Shown: piece after piece, positions 37,581-45,054 of the stretch | Layout of the letters: the number at the start of each line of letters is the position of its first letter | Position numbering within the stretch: the first letter of the stretch is position 1 | Origin: Candidatus Hodarchaeota archaeon | Lineage (GTDB): Archaea > Asgardarchaeota > Heimdallarchaeia > Hodarchaeales > Hodarchaeaceae | Assembly (NCBI GenBank): GCA_029856365.1 | Contig: JAHQWW010000023.1 | Span: 1 to 45,690, forward strand | Length of the DNA stretch: 45,690 nucleotides | Reading direction: 5' to 3' | Translations under genes and position numbers: made by a program | The notes under the pieces: generated by a model | Told to the model about the DNA's origin: nothing | Seen by the model: the letters and a program-made list of their open reading frames with translations, nothing else | The model's database searches: none

Positions 37581-38483
37581 TTAAATTCCCATCTTCGATA
37601 AATCTTGGAGAGATTTTCGCATGTCCTCAATGAATTCTTCTCTCTCTGAGCGTGTCTTTTTCCTAAGAAGTTCAGTAAATATTACCCTTCCATCTTCAAT
37701 AAAAAGTCTAACTTGATAATCTGATGCGGGAAAAATTCCCGAGGGGAGGTCATCCATCGGCTCCAATTTTACAACATCTTTAGAAAAAAGAGCTAAATGC
37801 TCTTTAATTACGGAAAAGACCAAGTTGCCTATAATGATGATTTCACGCTCCATATTATCAGGCATTTCTAGATCCTTAAGTTTTGTAGATACTTCTTCTA
37901 GAGTAGTTGGTGTGATAGTCTTAATGGGTGCTGTAACTACTACTTCAGTTTCTTTCACAACTTTTGGTGCCGGAGCTGGTTTTGGAGCTGGTGTGGGGGT
38001 TGATACAGGGGTTGATGCTCGAGCCGGGGCTGGTGCAGGGGTTGGTGTGCGAGCTGGTGTGGGGGTTGGTGTGCGAGCTGGCATGGGGGTCGATGTGCGA
38101 GCTGGTGCACGAGCTGGTGCGGGGGCTGGTTTTGGAGCTGATATTTCTGGTACTGAGGTTGTAGGTGCTGCTACTTCTCTTTCCTCGGGTTTTGCACCAA
38201 ATATTGCAAGGAAATCAGCCCCTTCCAATCCTGGATCAAGGCTTTCTATTCGATAGACCATTCCATACTTTTCTTGCCGCATTTGTTGTGCTGCTTTTGC
38301 TGATATGAATTTTCTCCTTACAGGTGCTTTCTCACCTTTCCAAATGAATATTTTACGCGAATCTTCATCAACAATAATGAAAACATTGTCATCAGCAAGA
38401 TCTGCCATCGAAGAAAGAGATGCGGGAGTTAAAGTGCCATCATCTTCTACAGACCATTTTTTAATATATTCAGAATCACTCAA
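37581..38483 (-). CDS. Single-domain gelsolin-like protein with Pro/Thr/Ala-rich linker and C-terminal domain (Asgard 1DGelX-like)
   Basis: DDNVFIIVDEDSRKIFIWKGEKAPVRRKFISAKAAQQM...FLAIF is a gelsolin repeat; PARTPTPT linker; globular C-terminus. Confidence 0.85.
   Translation of the reverse strand: MSDSEYIKKWSVEDDGTLTPASLSSMADLADDNVFIIVDEDSRKIFIWKGEKAPVRRKFISAKAAQQMRQEKYGMVYRIESLDPGLEGADFLAIFGAKPEEREVAAPTTSVPEISAPKPAPAPARAPARTSTPMPARTPTPTPARTPTPAPAPARASTPVSTPTPAPKPAPAPKVVKETEVVVTAPIKTITPTTLEEVSTKLKDLEMPDNMEREIIIIGNLVFSVIKEHLALFSKDVVKLEPMDDLPSGIFPASDYQVRLFIEDGRVIFTELLRKKTRSEREEFIEDMRKSLQDLSKMGI
37964..38140 (-). repeat. Imperfect coding tandem repeats (~24-bp unit, PARTPTPx)
   Basis: GGGGTTGGTGTGCGAGCTGGTGTG-like unit repeated about three times, flanked by APKPAPAP copies. 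Confidence 0.85.
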
Positions 38484-38527
38484 GGTATATCAACACTCTG
38501 TACCAATTACGATTTTATAAAGCTTGA

Positions 38528-38601
38528 TAGTTCATGCTAGTTAAATATGTTGTTATAATTGTTATAATTGCTAGTTCTTGCTAGTTAAATATGTTGTTAT
38601 A
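38528..38601. repeat. Two 30-bp direct repeats (period 44 bp, 1 mismatch) in a divergent intergenic region
   Basis: TAGTTCATGCTAGTTAAATATGTTGTTATA (38528-38557) and TAGTTCTTGCTAGTTAAATATGTTGTTATA (38572-38601). Confidence 0.88.
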
Positions 38602-38741
38602 TTTATTATAATCTGGTGGCACACAACCAAAACTCAAAAATAAGTATCTATTCATTTTTTGGAAGCAATCTTTTTTTAAAATTACTCAAGGTTTTAAAAT
38701 TCACTAAGCTCATTAAAATCTAAAACTATAGGAGAATAAAA

Positions 38742-39572
38742 ATGATAAAAGATCCTTGGTTGGAAAGAGGATTGGTTGAACTCCAGCAAAGTCACTGGTT
38801 TGATGGTTTTCAAATGTTGCAAGGAGCTATTCGAAGAGCATTTCGCTATGGTGATCCTGATCGTGCTAAAATGGTAATTTCTAAGGCTATACCTCTTTTT
38901 GCTTCAGGAAATCAGGCAAAATTGGCTTGTGATCTAGTACTTGCTCTTATAATGGGTATCAGTCGAAAAATAAACGAAAGAGTATATGTTGAATTAATCC
39001 CAATTACATTAGTAAATTTAAGATTAGCTTCTCTTGAAAATTGCGTTCAGACTGTCTGTAATCAGATAATAATAGAAAAGGTTTTTCAGAGGTCAGAATT
39101 CCTTTCACACTTACATGATTTAATTCTTGAAGCTAATTTCAATCCTAATGTAGTTTCTGATCTCTATTTTTGTTATGCAGGATTATTATGTAACAAAAAG
39201 GATTTTGTAGCATGCTTTGAAACCTTATACTCTTGGAGTCAAGAATCTTCATTTCTCTCCCCAAAAATGAGAGCATATTTGACCCTGGCTGAAATTAATG
39301 CTTATGAAATAGAAGATTGTGGGAAGTATCTTCAAATGGGAGAGACAGTAGTTTTGTCAGAATCCGACACAGATAGTTATCTTGAAATTGCAAATAGAAT
39401 ATTCGGCGCAGTACAAACATCAGATAATTCTGAATTCTATTCTACAATAGCTGATTACTCTGATTTGATTAATGCCAAAAAAGATGGGTTATTAAAAGCA
39501 TTATGTGATGGAATCTCTGAAATTTTGAATAATAAATCCAGTTCTGGACTTTTGTCATTGTTTAAATCCTAA
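38742..39572 (+). CDS. Alpha-solenoid protein resembling eukaryotic Get4/TRC35 (alternatively a SNAP/TPR-like solenoid)
   Basis: WFDGFQM..IRR..RA..LFASGNQAKLACDL at the N-terminus; DLYFCYAGLLCNKKDF in the middle; YLEIANRIFGAVQTSDNSEFYSTIADY..D..CDGI..SSSGLL at the C-terminus; AGGAG RBS. Confidence 0.6.
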   Translation: MIKDPWLERGLVELQQSHWFDGFQMLQGAIRRAFRYGDPDRAKMVISKAIPLFASGNQAKLACDLVLALIMGISRKINERVYVELIPITLVNLRLASLENCVQTVCNQIIIEKVFQRSEFLSHLHDLILEANFNPNVVSDLYFCYAGLLCNKKDFVACFETLYSWSQESSFLSPKMRAYLTLAEINAYEIEDCGKYLQMGETVVLSESDTDSYLEIANRIFGAVQTSDNSEFYSTIADYSDLINAKKDGLLKALCDGISEILNNKSSSGLLSLFKS

Positions 39573-40085
39573 AATTATCGCAAGAACTTCTTTGACTGCA
39601 TCTTTTCCTGTTTTTGCCGTCAGAATTTGAACTTTAGAACTTTGATGATCAATAAACCCGCGTTCACCAATCTTTTGACTCCAACCAGAAATCGAACTTA
39701 TACAAACAATTGGCTTTTGATAAATCCACGCAAATGTTATCTCTGTCAATGTACCTGCGCCTCCTCCACATGCAATCACGCCATCGCTAGCTAAGGGGAC
39801 GATAGCATTACGGGCTTGATTCATTAGTGTGGGAATTCTTATAGTGAGATATTCATTCACTTCAGGATCAGTTTCATTCGTTGGAAGTATCCCAACAGAA
39901 ATTCCACCTATATCATGTACTCCCTTACATGCTGCTTCCATGACTCCTCCCCGTCCACCGCAGATAAGAATTGCCTTTGATTGTGCAATTTCCTTACCAA
40001 TTTCATAACTAATATCATACTGGGCCTTGGATCGGATTTGTGAATCACCAATGACACCAATCTGAATTTTTTTTCCAATTACCAT
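39555..40085 (-). CDS. LOG/TIGR00725-family Rossmann-fold nucleotide-binding protein
   Basis: IGVIG, CGGRGGVMEAACKG, VGILP, ARNAIV, GGGAGTLTEI. Confidence 0.9.
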   Translation of the reverse strand: MVIGKKIQIGVIGDSQIRSKAQYDISYEIGKEIAQSKAILICGGRGGVMEAACKGVHDIGGISVGILPTNETDPEVNEYLTIRIPTLMNQARNAIVPLASDGVIACGGGAGTLTEITFAWIYQKPIVCISSISGWSQKIGERGFIDHQSSKVQILTAKTGKDAVKEVLAIILGFKQ

Positions 40086-40660
40086 TACTTTATTTTCCAG
40101 AATTCTTTTTTTCCTTTTAACGAAGGAACAATTTGCTTATAGGCATTATTAAACTGAATCTGTAGAGATTTGGGATTAAGATGATCTAAAAAAACCGCAA
40201 GGGAACTAACTTCAGAATGTGGTTGATTCGAAATTGCTATATTCCAATCTGCATATTGGAATATTTTGCTAGGGATTTTCTTTCCCCCAACCACAACTAA
40301 CAAGTTCTCTAGTCCTTTTTTCATATTGGCAAAGTCTTTTGATTTCTCAAAAATAGATAGATTTTCTCCATACATTGTAAGATGTATAATTTTATTGTCA
40401 CTATTCCTCCTCCATTGCTCTATGAAAGTCCTCCATTTATCATAGGAAATCATTTCCAGACAAAAATTTCCTCCCCATTCCAAATTAACTTGGCGAATTG
40501 TGGCGAGGAGTTTTTTATCTTCATCCCCAGCAATAATTATTTTGACCGCTCCAAAAGCTCGAGCTACAAGAGCTAGGTGAGTAGTAATCCTCTTATCACG
40601 ATTAATCCGATGACCAATTCGAAGAATAGTGACCAATCGTAGGTCGCTCTCATATTTCAT
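40085..40660 (-). CDS. trm56: tRNA (cytidine-56-2'-O)-methyltransferase (SPOUT)
   Basis: LRIGHR..RDKRITTHLALVARAFGA, WGGNF, HLTMYG, NQPHSEVSSLAVFLD. Confidence 0.95.
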   Translation of the reverse strand: MKYESDLRLVTILRIGHRINRDKRITTHLALVARAFGAVKIIIAGDEDKKLLATIRQVNLEWGGNFCLEMISYDKWRTFIEQWRRNSDNKIIHLTMYGENLSIFEKSKDFANMKKGLENLLVVVGGKKIPSKIFQYADWNIAISNQPHSEVSSLAVFLDHLNPKSLQIQFNNAYKQIVPSLKGKKEFWKIK

Positions 40661-41215
40661 TTATTTTGCTTGCATCAAAAATATACGGATATTATGAGCC
40701 AATTCATTGAAGGATTCATCAACATTTTCACCTGTTTTAGCTGAAGTCTCCAAGTAGGGAATGTTACAATTGAATTGGAATTTTTTCTTGAGGTCTTCAG
40801 CGAATTCCAGAGCTTCATCTTTAGTGACGCAATCATCCTCTTCCTCTCTTAAATCCACTTTATTTCCTAAGACAGCGACGGGCATTGCTCCTCGGCCAGA
40901 GTTTTTGAATAGCTCTTCGATCCAGGCGTTTAAATTGTCGAAAGAATCTCGTCGAGTAATATCAAATACTAATAATCCTCCATGGGAGCCTTTGTAATAA
41001 AGTTCTCTGACACTATTGAATCGTGGTTGTCCTGCAAGATCCCAGATTTGAAATTTAACGTCTTTTTCCCCTTCTTCCGTCATTATTCTTGTTTTTTTTA
41101 CAGCAAAGTCTGCGCCAATCGTCATCACGTACCCACTAGAAAATTGTTTGCCTAAATACCGCTCACGTAAAGCAGTTTTTCCCACTGCTCCGTCACCTAG
41201 CAAACAAACTTTCAT
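40661..41215 (-). CDS. Rab-like small GTPase
   Basis: GDGAVGKT, YVMTIGADF, IWDLAGQPRF, YYKG, GNKVD, ETSAKTGENV. Confidence 0.94.
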   Translation of the reverse strand: MKVCLLGDGAVGKTALRERYLGKQFSSGYVMTIGADFAVKKTRIMTEEGEKDVKFQIWDLAGQPRFNSVRELYYKGSHGGLLVFDITRRDSFDNLNAWIEELFKNSGRGAMPVAVLGNKVDLREEEDDCVTKDEALEFAEDLKKKFQFNCNIPYLETSAKTGENVDESFNELAHNIRIFLMQAK

Positions 41216-41937
41216 AAGTAGCAGATGGTGTCAGCTCCTATTCGCATTTGTCTTGTGGCTTAAAGAAATCGTGTGGTTTTCTAATTATAAGGTTGGAAAT
41301 TAGATACTTAAATACTTGCTATGAGCTCTTATTTTCAGTTTTCTTTTAAACACTTCCAAATTGTCCAAGCAACTTAAGAGTGTTCATCAATATAATTAAA
41401 ATTCTTGTTTTATCTCTGATTTTATGAAAGCAAATTATCCTTCTACTGATAAAAACTAAAAGTTTGGATATATCTTCTTCAAACAATATTTCTAAAGATT
41501 ATTGCTAATTGTAAAGAGATAACAAAAATGATTAATAATTGGCATCGGAATATTTTATGTTCTTAATGACAACATCTAGAGAGATTTCAAGATAATATTT
41601 TAGGATAAACAGGAAAATATTAATTTTCACTAAACAATAAATGCAATTTTTCTTAATAGTACTATAGGATTCTTTAATTTACATTGAAAGGAAATACGAA
41701 ACCAAATTAGTAGTGCACGGGAAAGTTAAGTTTTGAACTATATTTTCTAGCATTTCATTAAAGCATCTACTTTCTTTTGAGTTAGGGTGAAAGAAAAATA
41801 AAGAATGTTTTATATCATTTAAATGAAAAAAATATTAGAGTTCTAAATATTCTCTGAAAATTTGCAGTAAAAAAACTCCATTGATATATTTAAACAAAAA
41901 GATCATTTTCATATAGAACGATTGGAAAGTAAGGATA

Positions 41938-44220
41938 ATGGTCGGACTGAAGATATCTTCAGAAGAAATCAAGGAAATTATCCCAATACTTGGGTTAACC
42001 GATGATGATCAAGGGAAAGTCTATTTAAGTCTGCTTTCTTTTGGGATGGCAACTCTAGGCCAGATTAGTTTGCTTTCAGGATTAGATTATATAAAAACAC
42101 AAGAAGCTCTCCATATTTTAGTAGGTAGTAAACTTGCAAAAAGAATTCCAGGAAAAGTTGGACGATATGTAGCCTTGGAACCATTTTTAAAAGCTTTTTT
42201 TCTCGCCTATGATCCAATCACTCTGGTTAACATCCGTAAAGAAGCTTCAGGTGCTTTTCAGATTCAAGTGAAGCAAATTGCTGATATTTTTACTGAAGCA
42301 ATAGAGGCTTTTCAAAAACATACAGCGGGACTAGAAAATGACTTCTCACAAGGTTTAGATCCAATTAAACTGAACTTAGACAAGCATACTGATAATTTTC
42401 GCCAAATAATCGAATCTTCCGAAAAAAATATGCTAATTAATATCGGAGAACTTAAGAACGAGACTCAGCTGTTAATAAAGCAAACAAAAAAACTTAATGA
42501 AGAAATTACTAAAGTTAATCTTGAAAAAATAAAGACTATCCCTGACATTCTCGATCCTTACACTCCCAAAGTTACACAGAAATTAAAAACAACAACTAAT
42601 ATAATTGATAAAGATCTTGAAAGACTTAGGATGGACAGTAAGACTAACCTTGAATTATTAAGAACCAATATTGATGAGGAAATAACAGAATATTCAGAGG
42701 AAATCGAGGGAATTCTTGATCAATTTGAAACTAATCGTTCTGAAGAGCAAAATAATTTCGATAGAAAAATTGGAAAAGTAAGTTTACTGTTAGACAATCT
42801 TCGGTCAAATGCGATTCAAAAAAAGTCTAAATTCCTTGAAATTAGACAAGGATACAAAGATATTGATGAAGTGGTGAAGGATCTATTTACTGAAATCGTT
42901 AACCGACTTAATAATATGGAATCATCATTAGCTAACTCAATAAATGATATACAGAGTAGAAAATTATTCAAAGGAAAGGATGAATTCATTTCTAACCTGA
43001 TACGATTAGATGGAGACAGAAAAGCGATTCAACAAATTTTTAAAGAAAATTTAATGATATTGGAAAAGGTTGCTAGTTTGAATAGTACTTTGAATGAAAC
43101 AGAGAACGTTATTGTTCAAGCAACTGAGACTGGTTTGACCGAAGTGCAGAAAATATTAGATGAAGAGGTTCAGCTCCTTTCACACGACTTGCAAGATATT
43201 AAACTTAAGATTGGCACTGATTTTAGAAATTTGATCCAAGTCTATCTAAACAAAAGAAAAAAAGATATAAAAGCAAAAATAGGGGATGTAGAAACTGTAT
43301 TTGATCAAAAAATTAACGACTTTAATGAACAGGTGGATAAAATTACTGATAAATTCTCTAATGAAATTTCGAATTTAATTCAACATACTGCTGAAGAGTT
43401 TGAGGTTAATCTGGAATCCTATTTTAAGAATGTAGAAACCTTCGATGTAAGTATAAACACTTTTAATGACATTTTAAATAAAACTGACGAGCTAGGCGAA
43501 CAATCTAGCAATAAATTAAAAATTATATTAGATCAGATCACTGATCTTGAAAGAACTTTTAGTTTATTCATCTCTGGAATGAATACTATCGTAACAAGTT
43601 TTGCAGATGCTCAATTGGAAAATTTTAGTTCCACATTGGATAAAACTGATGAAATTATAAATACTCGGGTTGTTAAAATTGAACAGCAACTCGAACAAGA
43701 GATATCTGCTTTAACGTTTTCTATAAAAGAAATGAAACAAAAGCTTGACAAAATTACTGAACTGTCCAGATTGGTTGGTATTTCGGAAGTTGAATCTTCG
43801 TTACTTTCCAGTGACTTAGTTGTTGGAGAAACAGCTATAATAATGATGCTAAGAGACTTAACATTACGTGCTAAATCCTCTTTGACGATTTTGATGCCTC
43901 GTCCAGAACTTCAGACATTAATGGTAGCCTCTAAATTACCAATGAAGACTCGAGTGATTATCATTGGTGATTTTACCAAGGTTCCTGAGTCAACACTAAA
44001 GAAAATCTTATCTTCAGCTAATCTTAGATTAAAACAATTAGATACTATAGATTTCTGGGGGTGTATTCGTGATGCAGAGGAGCTATTGGTTTGTCCAGAG
44101 CCCAAACATCCCGACAAAGAAGGACTCATTGGGGTAATTACCACAAACGAAAACCTTGTTGAGCTGTTTTCGCAAGAACTAATGACTTATACGACACGTA
44201 GTCGTGAAATTCTGTTCTAG
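41938..44220 (+). CDS. TrmB-like wHTH + ~520-aa coiled-coil/helical rod + C-terminal PLD-like (TrmB-C) domain
   Basis: LGLTDDDQGKVYLSLL..ATLGQISLLSGL...RYVALEP (TrmB-type wHTH); long heptad region; GETAI..LRDLTLRAKSSLTILMP...CIRDAEELLV...GVITTNENLV without an HxK motif. Confidence 0.72.
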   Translation: MVGLKISSEEIKEIIPILGLTDDDQGKVYLSLLSFGMATLGQISLLSGLDYIKTQEALHILVGSKLAKRIPGKVGRYVALEPFLKAFFLAYDPITLVNIRKEASGAFQIQVKQIADIFTEAIEAFQKHTAGLENDFSQGLDPIKLNLDKHTDNFRQIIESSEKNMLINIGELKNETQLLIKQTKKLNEEITKVNLEKIKTIPDILDPYTPKVTQKLKTTTNIIDKDLERLRMDSKTNLELLRTNIDEEITEYSEEIEGILDQFETNRSEEQNNFDRKIGKVSLLLDNLRSNAIQKKSKFLEIRQGYKDIDEVVKDLFTEIVNRLNNMESSLANSINDIQSRKLFKGKDEFISNLIRLDGDRKAIQQIFKENLMILEKVASLNSTLNETENVIVQATETGLTEVQKILDEEVQLLSHDLQDIKLKIGTDFRNLIQVYLNKRKKDIKAKIGDVETVFDQKINDFNEQVDKITDKFSNEISNLIQHTAEEFEVNLESYFKNVETFDVSINTFNDILNKTDELGEQSSNKLKIILDQITDLERTFSLFISGMNTIVTSFADAQLENFSSTLDKTDEIINTRVVKIEQQLEQEISALTFSIKEMKQKLDKITELSRLVGISEVESSLLSSDLVVGETAIIMMLRDLTLRAKSSLTILMPRPELQTLMVASKLPMKTRVIIIGDFTKVPESTLKKILSSANLRLKQLDTIDFWGCIRDAEELLVCPEPKHPDKEGLIGVITTNENLVELFSQELMTYTTRSREILF

Positions 44221-44271
44221 AATCTGAATAACTCTTCTATTACAATGTAAATTTCGCTAAAAATTTCACAA

Positions 44272-45042
44272 CTAAAGCTTTTTACGGGTTGCAGCAAAAA
44301 TTGATTGTTTTAATGTTTGATCATCTGTAGGTATACGCTTAGTCATCAGAATTTCGATATCACCATTTCTAACAAGAAAATCAACACGTCCAGCAGAATA
44401 TTCTATAGAATAATGATTATCCTTTTGGGTAATATACACATCACCTGTTTTTGTAAGGGCAATTATAAAACGACCTGCAATACTTTCAGCATCATCAGCA
44501 ATGTCTTCTGTTCTTTCTATTGTTTCATCAGATAAAGGTTCTTGATAAATTTCTTGTTTAATTTCTGGCTGTGTGGAGAGTGTAGTGTCAGAAACTGATG
44601 ATTCTTGAGTCAAAAAGGAAGAAACATATTCTGGTTCATAAGTCAAAAAGGAAGGAACGTATTCTGGCTCTGTTTCCTCCTCCATGATTTGATTGGGAGT
44701 CTCAACAACGGTAATGGGTCTTTCTAACGAGTATTTATGTCCTTCTTGAAGGAGAACATCAGGAATAACCTCTTCCTTAATGATTTCAACTTCAAATCCC
44801 ATACCGATTCTTATTTGCCTTTTAGGAATTATAAAACCACTTTTGGCGATAGATTGAACACGACGCTCTATTATTTTTTTGGTAACTAATGAAAAATGCC
44901 GAGGGATTTGGACGGTTATTTTCTCGGTGTTTTCATCAATAACTAATACAGCTTCATCCTCTGAATGGCGAATTTTAGTGTCAGAAACAGTAAAATCATC
45001 AGTTCTCCAGATACAAGTGAGTACAATGTTCCTTTCACTCAT
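44272..45042 (-). CDS. Hypothetical protein with a degenerate gelsolin-like N-terminal domain and acidic linker
   Basis: EAVLVIDENTEKITVQIPRHFSLVTKKIIERRVQSIAK parallels NVFIIVDEDSRKIFIWKGEKAPVRRKFISAKAAQQMRQ of the 37581 gene. Confidence 0.55.
   Translation of the reverse strand: MSERNIVLTCIWRTDDFTVSDTKIRHSEDEAVLVIDENTEKITVQIPRHFSLVTKKIIERRVQSIAKSGFIIPKRQIRIGMGFEVEIIKEEVIPDVLLQEGHKYSLERPITVVETPNQIMEEETEPEYVPSFLTYEPEYVSSFLTQESSVSDTTLSTQPEIKQEIYQEPLSDETIERTEDIADDAESIAGRFIIALTKTGDVYITQKDNHYSIEYSAGRVDFLVRNGDIEILMTKRIPTDDQTLKQSIFAATRKKL
44608..44670 (-). repeat. 33-bp-period coding duplication (EPEYVPSFLT / EPEYVSSFLT)
   Basis: AGTCAAAAAGGAAGAAACATATTCTGGTTC (44608-44637) and AGTCAAAAAGGAAGGAACGTATTCTGGCTC (44641-44670). 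Confidence 0.85.
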
Positions 45043-45054
45043 AACTGAGGCTCC

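Noticed and set aside
37825-38256. Gly/Ala/Val-rich plus-strand ORFs
   Set aside because: Antisense of the Pro/Thr/Ala linker of the gelsolin gene.
38528-38601. Mini-CRISPR array
   Set aside because: Only two units, the 14-bp intervening sequence is itself made of repeat fragments, and there are no cas genes.
41216-41240. Stop readthrough or frameshift extending the Rab N-terminus
   Set aside because: An in-frame TGA lies six codons upstream; the ATG or a nearby CTG start suffices and no recoding signal is seen.
41216-41937. 722-bp AT-rich gap as hidden gene, mobile element or origin
   Set aside because: No ORF of 60 aa or more, no terminal inverted repeats and no repeated motif detected; treated as a divergent promoter region.
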